Shown piece after piece: positions 1 to 10,750 of a DNA stretch of 36,662 nt. The notes beneath the pieces are model-generated. The model did not search any database. It had not been told where the DNA came from and was given only the letters and a program-made list of their open reading frames with translations. How positions within the stretch are numbered: the stretch's first letter is position 1; each line of letters opens with the position of its first letter. The position numbers and the translations under genes were made by a program. The stretch is taken from contig JAYZKH010000020.1 of NCBI GenBank assembly GCA_036163585.1, positions 1 to 36,662 on the forward strand. The letters are read 5' to 3'. Origin of the DNA: Fidelibacterota bacterium. Lineage in GTDB: Bacteria; Fidelibacterota; Marinisomatia; Marinisomatales; Marinisomataceae.

Positions 1-1967
1 ACAAAATCTTCATCACGAATACCTAATTCTTTATGTGCTTCTCTCATAAAGCGTGCCCATGCTGGTAAAGCTGCTGTACTTCCTGATTGTTTCTCACCTA
101 AACTCACAGAATAATCATCCATTCCATACCAAACTCCAGCAGAAATATTAGGAGTGAATCCAACAAACCAAGCATCACTGAATCCTTGAGTAGTCCCAGT
201 TTTTCCAGCAGCTGTATGTCTAAATTTATATTTCCAACGTGCACTACCACCGGTTCCTTTATCAATAACAGTTTGCAATAAATTGGTTACTACATATGCT
301 GTTTCAGGGCTTAATACTTCTTGTTGTTTTATATTGAATTCTTTGATGATTTGTCCATATTTATCTTCAATTTTTGTAATCGCAATAGGTTCAGAATAAA
401 TTCCTTTATTAGAAAAGATCGAATAAGAAGCAACAATCTCCATTGGTGTCACTTCTGATGTACCTAAAGCAATTGCATCAACAGCACGAATTGGAGAATT
501 AATTTGCATTCTTCTTGCAATATTTTTTACTTGTTGTGCAGGAACAAGTTCTTGTACCATTCGCACAGAAATAAGGTTTAATGATCGCCTTAATCCTTCT
601 CTTAATGTAGTTAATCCTCCAGTGCTATTATCATAATTTCTTGGAGTCCACTTTTCTTTTTCTCCTCTTGCATTATTTCTATATAAGGCTACTGGCTGAT
701 TAAGCAATTTCGTTGTAACAGGATAGTTATTATCCACTGCAGCTGTATAAATAAATGGCTTGAAAACAGAGCCTGGTTGCCTTCTTGCTTGTGTTGCACG
801 ATTATATTGATCAACATAATCAGATCTCCCGCCAATCATTGATAATATTTCACCTGTTCTACTATCTAGGGCAATAAATGCACATTGTACTAGTAAACTT
901 TTTCTTAGATCTTCATATAGTTTCATTTGACCATTTAACATAATCTTTATTGAATCTTCTGGAAAAATTGATAAGTAACCTAGCTCTGAGAAACGATCCT
1001 GATCAGCAAAAAGCTGATTATTAAATTCGTCTTGGTTATCACGTAAAGTTTTCATCACTACATCTTCTGCAATCTTTTGCAAATTATAATCAAGAGTAGT
1101 ATAAATTTTTAAACCATCTTGGTAAATATTAATCCCTAATTCTTCATCTTGTTTTTCAAGAACTCGTCTGACATACTCTGTAAAGTATGGTGCTTTACTT
1201 TTTGGTATTTCATAAAAAATATTATCGGGAATAATACTATTATGTTCTATATACTCTTCATGCGAAATATAATCTTGATTATACATTAACTTTAAAACAA
1301 GAGATCGTCTTTCAATTGACTTGTCAAGATTTCGGAGTGGTGAATAGTTTGCAGGAGAAGGAAGTAATCCGATAAGCATGGCTGATTCACCTATAGTCAA
1401 CTCAGAAGCTTTTTTATTAAAATATCGTTTTGCAGCTGATTCAACACCATAGGTTCCATGTCCAAAATGCACTGTATTTAAATACATTTCTAATATCTCT
1501 TCTTTTGTGTAAGTCCTCTCAATTTGAATAGCCGTGATGATTTCTTTTATTTTTCTTGTAATACTATCTCTGAATCCAATTTCTTTATATAGATTCCGTG
1601 CTAATTGTTGGGATAATGTACTAAATCCTTGTTTGAATCTCATTGCAACCACATTTACAGCAACTGCACGAAAAACACTTTGTAAATCAACTCCCCAGTG
1701 TTGATAAAATCGCTTATCTTCTGATGAAATTGCTGCACTTTTTAAATGGTCAGGCATATCTTCTAAATCAATAAAAGCTCTTTTTTGAATATAAAATTCA
1801 CCAATCACTTCACCATTACGATCATAGATTGTTGATAGCATAGCAGGATCAAATGTTTCTAAGCGTTCAAGCGATGGTAAATCTCTAGAAAGGTATAATA
1901 AATAAAATAATAATATTATTGATAGATAAAAGATGATCTTAAAAGAACGAAAAAAAGAATTAATCAT
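1..1967 (-). CDS. mrcA: Class A penicillin-binding protein (PBP1A-type bifunctional transglycosylase/transpeptidase); the C-terminal end runs off the window
   Basis: Absent from the supplied ORF track because it is open at the window edge. Hand translation of the minus strand from ATG 1967..1965 gives MINSFFRSFKIIFYLSIILLFYLLYL (membrane anchor). It continues with EDKRFYQHWG and RKIKE (GT51 transglycosylase motifs), then SVFKP (SxxK), SLN and KTGTT (transpeptidase motifs). The frame stays open to base 3. The start overlaps the fumC stop (ATGA). Confidence 0.85.
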   Translation of the reverse strand, partial: MINSFFRSFKIIFYLSIILLFYLLYLSRDLPSLERLETFDPAMLSTIYDRNGEVIGEFYIQKRAFIDLEDMPDHLKSAAISSEDKRFYQHWGVDLQSVFRAVAVNVVAMRFKQGFSTLSQQLARNLYKEIGFRDSITRKIKEIITAIQIERTYTKEEILEMYLNTVHFGHGTYGVESAAKRYFNKKASELTIGESAMLIGLLPSPANYSPLRNLDKSIERRSLVLKLMYNQDYISHEEYIEHNSIIPDNIFYEIPKSKAPYFTEYVRRVLEKQDEELGINIYQDGLKIYTTLDYNLQKIAEDVVMKTLRDNQDEFNNQLFADQDRFSELGYLSIFPEDSIKIMLNGQMKLYEDLRKSLLVQCAFIALDSRTGEILSMIGGRSDYVDQYNRATQARRQPGSVFKPFIYTAAVDNNYPVTTKLLNQPVALYRNNARGEKEKWTPRNYDNSTGGLTTLREGLRRSLNLISVRMVQELVPAQQVKNIARRMQINSPIRAVDAIALGTSEVTPMEIVASYSIFSNKGIYSEPIAITKIEDKYGQIIKEFNIKQQEVLSPETAYVVTNLLQTVIDKGTGGSARWKYKFRHTAAGKTGTTQGFSDAWFVGFTPNISAGVWYGMDDYSVSLGEKQSGSTAALPAWARFMREAHKELGIRDEDF

Positions 1968-3364
1968 GCTTTTTTGGGCGATACCATTAATTTTGGCTTA
2001 ACAATTCTGTCAAATTCTTTTTCAGATAAATATTTTAATTTGCTTGCACTTTCTTTTAAAGAAATATTTTCTTTTAATGCTTTTTTTGCTATTTCTGCAG
2101 ATTTTTCATACCCTATCTTTGGAACAAGTGCTGTTACCAACATTAATGATTTACTTAAATTTTCCTCAATTTTATCTTTATTGACAGATAAACCTTCCAA
2201 TGCATTTAATACAAATGATTCTGCAGCTTCACTCAATAAAGAAATTGATTCATGAATATTAAATGCAACAAGCGGTCTATAAGTATTTAATTCAAAATTT
2301 CCACTTGCTCCAGAAAAAGCAATAGTTAAATCATTACCAAGAATTTGTGCATGAACCATATTTACTGCTTCACATTGAGTAGGATTTACTTTGCCTGGCA
2401 TAATCGAGCTTCCTGGCTCATTAGAAGGTAATTGTAATTCACCAATACCGGCCATTGGTCCGCTAGAAAGCCATTTAATATCATTTGCAATCTTATTTAA
2501 AGATCCAGAACAAATTTTAATTCTAGATGACAAATCTGAGATTGCATTTTGAGATGATAGAAGTTCAAATTTGTTGCGACAAACTTTGAAATCAAATCCA
2601 GTTTCGTTGCTAATAGCATCAGTCATCAATTTATCATAGCCAGCAATTGTATTGATACCAGTACCAACTGCAGTACCGCCTATAGGTAAAGAAGAACATT
2701 CTTTTATAGCTTCTTCAATTCTTTTGATATCGTGAGCAATCATAGAGGCATAACCCGAAAATTCTTGCCCTAATGTAATTGGAGTTGCATCTTGTAAGTG
2801 TGTTCTCCCTACTTTGACAATTGATTTAAATTCTTTTTCTTTCTTTTCCAGTGCTGTTTTTAGCAAATCAAGGCTTGGGAGTAGATTATTTTCTACATTC
2901 ATAACAGACCCCACCAAAATCGCAGTAGGAAAAGTATCATTAGTGGATTGCGACATATTGACATGATCATTTGGATGAACAAATTGATATTCTCCCAATT
3001 TCCCTCCTAATAATTCATTGGATTTATTTGCGATCACTTCATTAACATTCATATTAGTTTGTGTGCCACTTCCACTTTGAAATACAGACAAAGGAAATTG
3101 ATCTATAAAATTTTCAGGATTTTTTAAAATAGTATCACAACTTTTCACAATTGCATTACTTATTTTTTTAGAAAGCCTTTTTTGAGTAGCATTTGAAATT
3201 GCAGCGGCTTTTTTAATAATAATCAGAGGAAGCACTAAATTGAAATCCATTGGCCAACCAATTTCAAAGTTCTGAATAGCTCTTTGAGTTTGAGCACCAT
3301 AATATGCTTTTACTGGAACCTTTACTGAACCTAAGCTATCACTTTCTGTTCTAAATTTTTTCAT
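1964..3364 (-). CDS. fumC: Class II fumarate hydratase
   Basis: 466-aa ORF. The N-terminal SDSLGSVKVPVKAYYGAQTQRA and the lyase signature GSSIMPGKVNPTQCEA fit fumarase C rather than aspartase. There are ATGA overlaps with korB upstream and ponA downstream. Confidence 0.85.
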   Translation of the reverse strand: MKKFRTESDSLGSVKVPVKAYYGAQTQRAIQNFEIGWPMDFNLVLPLIIIKKAAAISNATQKRLSKKISNAIVKSCDTILKNPENFIDQFPLSVFQSGSGTQTNMNVNEVIANKSNELLGGKLGEYQFVHPNDHVNMSQSTNDTFPTAILVGSVMNVENNLLPSLDLLKTALEKKEKEFKSIVKVGRTHLQDATPITLGQEFSGYASMIAHDIKRIEEAIKECSSLPIGGTAVGTGINTIAGYDKLMTDAISNETGFDFKVCRNKFELLSSQNAISDLSSRIKICSGSLNKIANDIKWLSSGPMAGIGELQLPSNEPGSSIMPGKVNPTQCEAVNMVHAQILGNDLTIAFSGASGNFELNTYRPLVAFNIHESISLLSEAAESFVLNALEGLSVNKDKIEENLSKSLMLVTALVPKIGYEKSAEIAKKALKENISLKESASKLKYLSEKEFDRIVKPKLMVSPKKA

Positions 3365-4380
3365 TTCACTTCCCAGGTATCACCAGCATTTAACAAATCA
3401 TTAAGTGTTTTCTTGCTTTTATCTTTCTTTTGAGCTTCTGTCATCTGTTCTTCCATCAAACCATCATATGTTGCTCTCTCTTTACAATATAAGACACCTA
3501 TTGGTTCCGGAAAAATATCATTTGAAACAAAATTTGAAAGCATATCTGCAATAAATTTATCTTTTTCATTATGGACTAAAATATCATCAACAGAATATTC
3601 TTTACCAATTTCTACTACTTTTGGAGTCGTGCCATCTAAATAAATACCTTTATTATCGGTAGGACCAAAAATCATTGGTTTACCATCTTCAACTCTTAAC
3701 AATTTTTCAGATTTTGTTTCTTTATCTGTCAATTCAGAAAAAGCACCATCATTAAAAATATTACAATTTTGATAAATTTCAATAAAAGATGCTCCATTAT
3801 AATCATTAGCTCTTTTAATCATTTCTTGAAGATGCTTCAATTCTCTATCGATAGTCTTTGCAACAAAGCCTGCTTGAGCTCCTAGAACTAATTTTGCTGG
3901 AATAAATGGATAATCTAATGAACCCATTGGTGTAGAGTAAGTCACTTTTCCTTGTTCAGATGTAGGAGAATATTGTCCTTTTGTTAATCCATAGATACGA
4001 TTATTAAATAACATTACATTTAGATTAATATTTCTTCTCATTAAATGTATAAGATGATTCCCTCCAATAGAAAAACCATCACCATCCCCTGTGACAACCC
4101 ATATCGATAAATCTGGATTTGAAACTTTTAATCCACTTGCAAGAGTTGGTGCTCTACCATGAATAGTATGAAATCCATAAGTATTCATATAGTAAGGGAA
4201 TCGACTTGAACAACCAATTCCTGATATAAAAACTACATCTTCTTTTTTTGTAGTAATCTCAGGAAAAACTTTTTGAGTCTGTGAAAGTATAGCATAATCT
4301 CCACAACCTGGACACCATCTAACCGCCTGATCGGATTCAAAATCAGCTTTTTTAAATACAGGATTATTATCACTCATCAA
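3361..4380 (-). CDS. korB: 2-oxoglutarate (2-oxoacid):ferredoxin oxidoreductase, beta (TPP-binding) subunit
   Basis: 339 aa. Contains CPGCGDYAI, GIGCSSRFPYY, HGRAPTLASG, and GDGDGFSIGGNH...NNRIYGLTKGQ (TPP-binding motif). Overlaps korA by 11 nt. Confidence 0.8.
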   Translation of the reverse strand: MMSDNNPVFKKADFESDQAVRWCPGCGDYAILSQTQKVFPEITTKKEDVVFISGIGCSSRFPYYMNTYGFHTIHGRAPTLASGLKVSNPDLSIWVVTGDGDGFSIGGNHLIHLMRRNINLNVMLFNNRIYGLTKGQYSPTSEQGKVTYSTPMGSLDYPFIPAKLVLGAQAGFVAKTIDRELKHLQEMIKRANDYNGASFIEIYQNCNIFNDGAFSELTDKETKSEKLLRVEDGKPMIFGPTDNKGIYLDGTTPKVVEIGKEYSVDDILVHNEKDKFIADMLSNFVSNDIFPEPIGVLYCKERATYDGLMEEQMTEAQKKDKSKKTLNDLLNAGDTWEVK

Positions 4381-6217
4381 TTAGCTCCTTTACTTTCTTT
4401 ACAATTGTGGAAGCATTTAACGGTTGACCTTTTACTTCATTTAATCCAATAGCATCAACTAAAAATTCACCACGAATTATCTTTATCAATTGTCCTGCAT
4501 TGATTTCTGGAATTAAAACTTTTTTATATTGACTTAAAATATCTTTCAAATCTGAAGGCAATGGATTAACCCATCGAATTGAAACATGTCCTACTTTATA
4601 TTTTTCATTCAATAGATCTTCTGTTGCAGCTCTGCAAGCACCATGAGGACTTCCCCAACTGAGAATAAGTAAGTCTCCTTTTTTCTTTCCATATACGGAA
4701 GTAGGGGCAATTTCATTGGTAACATTCTGCACTTTTTGATGTCGAATGTCTGTCATTTTTTGATGATTATCAGGACTATAAGCTACATTCCCTGTAATAT
4801 GTTCTGTTTCAATACCACCAATGCGATGTTCTAGCCCTTTTGTGCCAGGAATAGCCCAAGGCCTAGACAATGTCTTATCATCGCGCTTATAAGGTAAAAA
4901 TTTCTCATCAGAATTATTTTCTTTTTCAAAATTCACAATAAAATCTTCTAGATCATCTGGATTTGGAATTAACCATGGTTCTGAACCGTTTGCAAGATAA
5001 CCATCTGATAAAACTATGACAGGGGTCATATACTTTACAGCAATTCGGCATGCTTCATATGTAGCAAAGTAACAATCTCCTGGTGTTCTAGGTGCTATTA
5101 CCGGTAATGGAGCATCTCCATTGCGACCATAAAGTGCTTGCAATAAATCAGATTGTTCAGTTTTTGTTGGAAGACCAGTACTAGGGCCTCCTCTTTGAAC
5201 ATTAATTATAACTAGTGGCAGTTCTGTAATGACTGCTAAACCTATAAACTCTGTTTTTAATGAAATTCCAGGGCCAGATGAAGCAGTAATGCCAAGAGAT
5301 CCTCCGAATGAAGCACCAAGTGCAATACCGATACTAGCAATTTCATCTTCAGCTTGAAAAGTTTTAACACCAAAATTTTTCCAATTGGATAAAGTATGCA
5401 ATAAATTACTTGCTGGAGTGATTGGATAACCAGCAAAAGTAATTCCCAATTTACTTTTCTCTGATGCAGTAAGAATTCCTAAACAAGAAGCTAATGTTCC
5501 ATTCATATTTCTATATTTTCCAGAAGGTAGATTAGCTTTCTCTACAATATAACGTGTTGTAATCTCTGCTGTTTCACCATAATTGTATCCTGCATGCAAT
5601 GCTTTTGTGTTTGCATCAATAATTTCAGGTTTAGATTTGAATTTCTTATTTAACCATTCAATAGTAGGCTCAAGTGGACGATCATACATCCAAAATAACA
5701 CACCTAATGCACAAAGATTTTTAGTTCTTTCAATAGTTTTTGAAGGCAAGTCTAATCCTTCACATGCATTAGAAACTAATTTGCTCATCTCAATATAATG
5801 CACTGCATAATTATCATCCAATGAAGCATCTTCCGTTGGATCAGACTCATAGCCTGCTAGTTTTAAATTTTTTGTTGTAAATGCATTCTTATTAAGAATA
5901 AGAATTCCTCCAGGAACAAGCTCCTTTAGATGTACTTTTAATGCAGCAGGATTCATTGCAACCAATACATCAGGTTTCTCTCCTGGTGTATGAATTTCTT
6001 TGGAGCTAAAATGAATTTGAAAAGAGCTAACACCTGCTAAAGATCCTGCAGGGGCACGTATTTCAGCAGGAAAATCTGGCAATGTACTTAAATCATTTCC
6101 AACAATTGCTGAAGTTTGTGTAAATCTACCTCCACTAAGCTGCATTCCATCCCCAGAATCACCTGCGAAACGTATTGTTACTTCATCTAAAGTTTTTAAT
6201 TTTATTTTTTTACTCAT
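4370..6217 (-). CDS. korA: 2-oxoglutarate (2-oxoacid):ferredoxin oxidoreductase, alpha subunit
   Basis: 615 aa. N-terminal gamma-like domain (FAGDSGDGMQLSG) fused to the alpha domain (GYPITPAS, NVQRGGPSTGLPTKTEQSDL). Typical two-subunit KorAB architecture, and first gene of the minus-strand unit. Confidence 0.8.
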   Translation of the reverse strand: MSKKIKLKTLDEVTIRFAGDSGDGMQLSGGRFTQTSAIVGNDLSTLPDFPAEIRAPAGSLAGVSSFQIHFSSKEIHTPGEKPDVLVAMNPAALKVHLKELVPGGILILNKNAFTTKNLKLAGYESDPTEDASLDDNYAVHYIEMSKLVSNACEGLDLPSKTIERTKNLCALGVLFWMYDRPLEPTIEWLNKKFKSKPEIIDANTKALHAGYNYGETAEITTRYIVEKANLPSGKYRNMNGTLASCLGILTASEKSKLGITFAGYPITPASNLLHTLSNWKNFGVKTFQAEDEIASIGIALGASFGGSLGITASSGPGISLKTEFIGLAVITELPLVIINVQRGGPSTGLPTKTEQSDLLQALYGRNGDAPLPVIAPRTPGDCYFATYEACRIAVKYMTPVIVLSDGYLANGSEPWLIPNPDDLEDFIVNFEKENNSDEKFLPYKRDDKTLSRPWAIPGTKGLEHRIGGIETEHITGNVAYSPDNHQKMTDIRHQKVQNVTNEIAPTSVYGKKKGDLLILSWGSPHGACRAATEDLLNEKYKVGHVSIRWVNPLPSDLKDILSQYKKVLIPEINAGQLIKIIRGEFLVDAIGLNEVKGQPLNASTIVKKVKELIDE

Positions 6218-6413
6218 GACCCTAAAACGATTATCAATTTACACTACCAAAATCAACTAATCAATGAGTATAGGATTAATAAATATAAATGAGATTTTAT
6301 TACAACTATATTAGCTTTTTATTATAATCTCAATAGTTTATATGACAAAGATTACTTATTCCTAAATTAATAGCAAATAATGATGTAATTAGATAAATTT
6401 TCGCCTACAAGAA
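6218..6413. promoter_or_regulatory. Divergent intergenic control region between korA (minus) and sufB (plus)
   Basis: One of only three intergenic gaps near 200 bp in the window, lying between two divergently oriented operon starts. No promoter consensus could be assigned with confidence. Confidence 0.4.
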
Positions 6414-7859
6414 ATGATTGATAAAAATCAACAAATAATTGATAAAAATCTAGACCAAGAATACAAATATGGTTTTACCACAGATGTGGAACAAGTCAAG
6501 TTTGAACCTGGGTTGGATGAAGAAGTTATCACAAAATTATCTCATATAAAAAATGAGCCGAAATGGTTGCTAGATTGGAGATTAAAAGCATATAAAAATT
6601 GGCAAAAAATGAAAGAGCCGAAATGGGCTAATATTGATTATAAACCGATAGATTATCAGGCATTAAGCTATTATGCAGCACCAAAGAAGAAAAGTAAAAA
6701 AAGTCTCGACGAAGTTGACCCAGAAATACTAGATACATATAATAAACTTGGTATTTCACTTGATGAGCAAAAGAAATTAGAGGGAGTTGCTGTTGATGCA
6801 GTCTTTGATAGTGTTTCAGTTGCAACAACTTTTAAAGATGAACTAGCAAAACATGGAGTAATTTTTTGTTCTTTTTCTGAAGCAGTCCAGGAACATCCTG
6901 ATTTAATAAAAAAATATCTTGGATCAGTTATTCCTTATACGGATAATTATTTTGCTGCACTCAATTCAGCAGTATTTAGTGATGGTTCTTTTGTCTATAT
7001 ACCAAAAAATGTTAAATGCCCTCTTGAACTTTCAACATATTTTAGAATCAATGCATCTAATACCGGACAATTTGAAAGAACACTTATTATTGCTGATAAA
7101 GGAAGCAAGGTCAGTTATCTTGAAGGATGTACAGCTCCTATGAGAGATGAAAATCAACTGCATGCTGCATGTGTAGAATTAATTGCACATGAAGATGCAG
7201 AAATTAAGTACTCAACAATACAGAATTGGTATTCAGGCAATGAAAAAGGTGAAGGTGGGATATACAATTTTGTAACTAAAAGAGGAAAATGTGAGGGTGA
7301 TAGATCTAAAATTTCTTGGACACAGGTAGAAACAGGATCAGCAATAACCTGGAAATATCCGAGTGTTATCATGAAAGGAGATGATAGTGTTGGTGAATTT
7401 TACTCAGTTGCTGTAACAAAAAATAAACAACAAGCTGATACAGGAACAAAAATGATTCATATGGGGAAAAACACTAAAAGTACTATTATATCAAAAGGAA
7501 TTTCTGCAGGTGAAGGACAAAATACATATCGTGGTGGAGTGAAAATATTAAAAAATGCTGACAATGCACGTAATTTCTCTCAATGTGATTCGATTTTAAT
7601 TGGAGACAAGTGTGGAGCACATACTTTTCCATACATTGATGTAAAAAATCAAACTGCACAAATGGAACATGAAGCAACAACATCAAATATTGGTGATGAT
7701 CAATTATTTTACTGTAATCAAAGAGGAATTAATTTAGATGATGCAGTGTCAATGATTGTGAATGGATTTTGTAAAGAAGTATTTGAAGAATTACCTATGG
7801 AATTTGCAGTAGAAGCAAAACAATTAATCGAAGTAACATTAGAAAACAGTGTAGGATAA
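6414..7859 (+). CDS. sufB: Fe-S cluster assembly scaffold protein SufB
   Basis: 481 aa with full-length similarity to SufB (YKYGF start, ...[12 protein letters not shown]..., ...[22 protein letters not shown]...). First gene of the suf operon. Confidence 0.9.
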   Translation: MIDKNQQIIDKNLDQEYKYGFTTDVEQVKFEPGLDEEVITKLSHIKNEPKWLLDWRLKAYKNWQKMKEPKWANIDYKPIDYQALSYYAAPKKKSKKSLDEVDPEILDTYNKLGISLDEQKKLEGVAVDAVFDSVSVATTFKDELAKHGVIFCSFSEAVQEHPDLIKKYLGSVIPYTDNYFAALNSAVFSDGSFVYIPKNVKCPLELSTYFRINASNTGQFERTLIIADKGSKVSYLEGCTAPMRDENQLHAACVELIAHEDAEIKYSTIQNWYSGNEKGEGGIYNFVTKRGKCEGDRSKISWTQVETGSAITWKYPSVIMKGDDSVGEFYSVAVTKNKQQADTGTKMIHMGKNTKSTIISKGISAGEGQNTYRGGVKILKNADNARNFSQCDSILIGDKCGAHTFPYIDVKNQTAQMEHEATTSNIGDDQLFYCNQRGINLDDAVSMIVNGFCKEVFEELPMEFAVEAKQLIEVTLENSVG

Positions 7860-7860
7860 T

Positions 7861-8601
7861 ATGATAAAAATAAAAGATTTAAAAGTATCTGTAGAAGAAA
7901 AAGAAATTCTTAAAGGAATTAACCTAGAAATACCAGAAGGTGAAGTCCATGCAATTATGGGAAGAAATGGGTCTGGGAAAAGCACTCTAGCAAATACATT
8001 AGCTGGAAATGAGAAATTTGAAGTAACAAATGGTTCAATCCATATGAATGATATGGATATCACTGAAATAAGCCCAGAAAATAGATCTTTAAATGGCATT
8101 TTTGTTTGTTTTCAATACCCTGTAGCTATTCCAGGTGTAAGTATGGCATATTTTTTAAGAGCAGCAATCAATGCTCATCTTGAAAACCAAGGTAAAGAAG
8201 AAATGGATGCATTAGAATTTTTAAATCAATCAAAAAATATATTAAAAAAACTTACACTAGATGATTCTTTTTTAAAAAGATCAATCAATGATGGATTTTC
8301 AGGAGGAGAAAAAAAGAAAAGTGAAATTTTTCAATTACTTTCTTTAAATCCAAAATTTGCGATACTGGATGAAACAGATTCAGGACTAGATATTGATGCA
8401 TTAAAAATTGTAGCAGATGGAGTAAAAGAATTCAATACAGATAAAAATTCAACATTAATTATTACCCACTATGAAAGATTGCTTGAATATATAAATCCAG
8501 ATGTTGTTCATATAATGATTGATGGAAAAATAGTCAAATCAGGAGATATGAAATTAGCAAGACAGGTAGAAGAAAAAGGATATTCTTGGCTAGAAAAATA
8601 A
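7861..8601 (+). CDS. sufC: Fe-S cluster assembly ATPase SufC
   Basis: 246 aa. Walker A GRNGSGKST, ABC signature FSGGEKKK, Walker B ILDETDSGLD. Starts 1 nt after the sufB stop. Confidence 0.9.
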   Translation: MIKIKDLKVSVEEKEILKGINLEIPEGEVHAIMGRNGSGKSTLANTLAGNEKFEVTNGSIHMNDMDITEISPENRSLNGIFVCFQYPVAIPGVSMAYFLRAAINAHLENQGKEEMDALEFLNQSKNILKKLTLDDSFLKRSINDGFSGGEKKKSEIFQLLSLNPKFAILDETDSGLDIDALKIVADGVKEFNTDKNSTLIITHYERLLEYINPDVVHIMIDGKIVKSGDMKLARQVEEKGYSWLEK

Positions 8602-8622
8602 TGTAATAAAGATATATCAATC

Positions 8623-9807
8623 ATGAACGAAATCAAAAATAATAGTTATAATCAATTTAAGAAATTAGGGTATCCTTCTAAAAAATTAGAAAATTGGAAA
8701 TTCTCTAATAGCAGTCATTTAAAAAAATATGATACTCTTATTCCAAATTCAGATATTGATATCAAAGAACATTTAAAAACAAAAAATACACTGTGTTTTG
8801 TAAACGGATTTTTTATAAAAGAATCTCTAGAAAATTGTGACTTTAAAAATCAAATATCAGTCAGCAGTACTATTGATATCAAAGAAGAAAATACAATAAA
8901 AATGTCAAAAAATTTTAATAATGAAGGATTGTTTAATCTTGGGGTTGCAAAATTTAATGAGGGAATTTTTATTGAATTCAAAAAAGGTAATAATTCTGAT
9001 GTAAGAATTAATATTGTCAATATTTATGACAAAAAATCAGAAAATATGTTTGTTCCAACATTCAATATATTCAAGCTAAATAAAAAGAATAACATATCTA
9101 TTTATGAAAAAGATATTAATCATGGATTTGATAGTTTTAACTTAAAAATAAACAAATTTATATGTGAAGATGATTCAATTCTTAACCATAGTACAATATA
9201 TCAAGATAATACGAAGAGCAATTCTTTAAGGTATAATTATTATAAAGCGAATTCCAATACTATTATTAATATTGACAGCTTTAATTGTGAATCGTCTTTT
9301 AACAAAGACTTTACTGAAATTGATTTGAATAAATCAGGTGCGGAAGTAACAGTGAATGCACTCAATCTAACTAAAAATGATGAACATGCTGATAATAATA
9401 TATTAATTAACCACAAATCAGAACATTGCAATAGCTCGCAAAATGTAAGAAACATTCTTCAGAATAAATCAACTTCTGTATTTAATGGAAAAGTAATTGT
9501 CTTTGATGGTGCACAAAAAACTGATTCTAATCAATCAAACAAAAATTTACTTTTATCCAAAGAAGCAACAGCACACTCTAATCCACAATTAGAAATTTAT
9601 GCAGATGATGTACAATGTGGTCATGGATCTACAACCGGTGCTTTAGATAAAAATAGCATCTTTTATTTTCAATCAAGAGGAATCAATAAAGAAGATGCAA
9701 CACAGATTCTTGTGAAAGCATTTGCACATGCAGTAATTAAAACATTTTCGGATGACAATATTAAGGATGAGGCACAAACTTATATTGATCAATGGATGAA
9801 TGAGTAA
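8623..9807 (+). CDS. sufD: Fe-S cluster assembly protein SufD
   Basis: 394 aa. The C-terminal region (PQLEIYADDVQCGHGSTTGALDKNSIFYFQSRGI) is the SufB/SufD beta-helix signature. Position after sufC fits. Confidence 0.8.
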   Translation: MNEIKNNSYNQFKKLGYPSKKLENWKFSNSSHLKKYDTLIPNSDIDIKEHLKTKNTLCFVNGFFIKESLENCDFKNQISVSSTIDIKEENTIKMSKNFNNEGLFNLGVAKFNEGIFIEFKKGNNSDVRINIVNIYDKKSENMFVPTFNIFKLNKKNNISIYEKDINHGFDSFNLKINKFICEDDSILNHSTIYQDNTKSNSLRYNYYKANSNTIINIDSFNCESSFNKDFTEIDLNKSGAEVTVNALNLTKNDEHADNNILINHKSEHCNSSQNVRNILQNKSTSVFNGKVIVFDGAQKTDSNQSNKNLLLSKEATAHSNPQLEIYADDVQCGHGSTTGALDKNSIFYFQSRGINKEDATQILVKAFAHAVIKTFSDDNIKDEAQTYIDQWMNE

Positions 9808-10219
9808 TATAAAGAAAAAATTTTCTGAAATTAGAGATGGATTCTCTTCATTAGATGGCCAAGATAAATTAGTTTATTTAATCGATTTAGGTAAAAAACT
9901 TGATCATATTGATTCAAAAGATAAAATTGATGAAAACAAAGTACATGCATGCACTTCACAGACATGGATTAAGTTAGAAAATAATAATTCAGTTATACTA
10001 AAAGCAGATTCTGAAAGTGCAATTGTAAAAGGATTATTGCGAATTTTACAAATTGGGTTTAATAATTCAGAAAAAAAGGGTATTATTGATTTTATTGGTG
10101 AATTTGATGAACCTATAAAGATTTTTGAATGGCTCAATATAGGACCAACCATTTCTAGTCAAAGACAAAATGGCTTTATTGGTGCATTAGCATTTATTAG
10201 TAAAGAATTAACAAATTGA
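9800..10219 (+). CDS. sufE: Cysteine desulfuration (sulfur acceptor) protein SufE
   Basis: 139 aa. The VHACTSQTWI loop matches the SufE persulfide-accepting Cys loop. Overlaps sufD by 8 nt. Confidence 0.75.
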   Translation: MSNIKKKFSEIRDGFSSLDGQDKLVYLIDLGKKLDHIDSKDKIDENKVHACTSQTWIKLENNNSVILKADSESAIVKGLLRILQIGFNNSEKKGIIDFIGEFDEPIKIFEWLNIGPTISSQRQNGFIGALAFISKELTN

Positions 10220-10228
10220 GATAAACGA

Positions 10229-10750
10229 ATGAATAAAGAATTTGTATTAAAATCAGATGTTGAAGTGTTTAGTGTACCTGATGGTATCAAAACACTTCTA
10301 AAAGAGGGAACACCTGGTATTATCACTCAATCTTTAGGTGACAACTTTACCGTTGTTGTAGAAGGAAATATGTATCAAGTCAAAGGGATTGATGCAGAAG
10401 CAATAGGCGAAGAAAAGAAATCCGTTGTTAGTAATAATTTTGCAAATAAAGAAGAAGTATGGAATATGCTTCAAACATGCTATGATCCAGAAATCCCTGT
10501 GAATATTGTTGACTTAGGATTGGTATATGATTGTATAGTCGAAGAAGAGAAAGAAGGAGTCAATGTATCCATTAAGATGACATTAACAGCTCCTGGATGT
10601 GGAATGGGTCCTGTTATTGCGGATGAAGTAAAAGAAAAAGTATCATCATTGCATGGGACTAATAATGTTGAAGTAGAACTAGTATGGGAACCTCAATGGA
10701 ATCAAGATATGATGTCTGATGCTGCAAAACTGCAATTAGGTTTATATTAA
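10229..10750 (+). CDS. sufT: SufT-like (long form) DUF59/MIP18-family Fe-S assembly protein
   Basis: 173 aa. The C-terminal DUF59 core is CYDPEIPVNIVDLGLVY...LTAPGCGMG. An N-terminal extension of about 75 aa fits the long SufT variant. Embedded between sufE and sufS. Confidence 0.6.
   Translation: MNKEFVLKSDVEVFSVPDGIKTLLKEGTPGIITQSLGDNFTVVVEGNMYQVKGIDAEAIGEEKKSVVSNNFANKEEVWNMLQTCYDPEIPVNIVDLGLVYDCIVEEEKEGVNVSIKMTLTAPGCGMGPVIADEVKEKVSSLHGTNNVEVELVWEPQWNQDMMSDAAKLQLGLY

Noticed and set aside
6290-6332. Inverted repeat TGAGATT-N29-AATCTCA in the korA/sufB intergenic region as a regulator binding site
   Set aside because: A 7-nt AT-rich arm with a 29-nt spacer is likely to occur by chance in DNA of about 30% G+C. 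It is mentioned only as a pointer within the SUF finding, not called as a feature.
1974-10152. Other short track ORFs antisense to or nested in fumC, korA, sufB, sufC, sufD and sufE (1974-2255, 5583-5798, 6628-6828, 6919-7143, 7154-7372, 7486-7686, 7839-8099, 9240-9455, 9904-10152)
   Set aside because: All are 60-95 aa and sit inside genes with unambiguous homology in another frame or strand. They have no motifs and no independent start signals.
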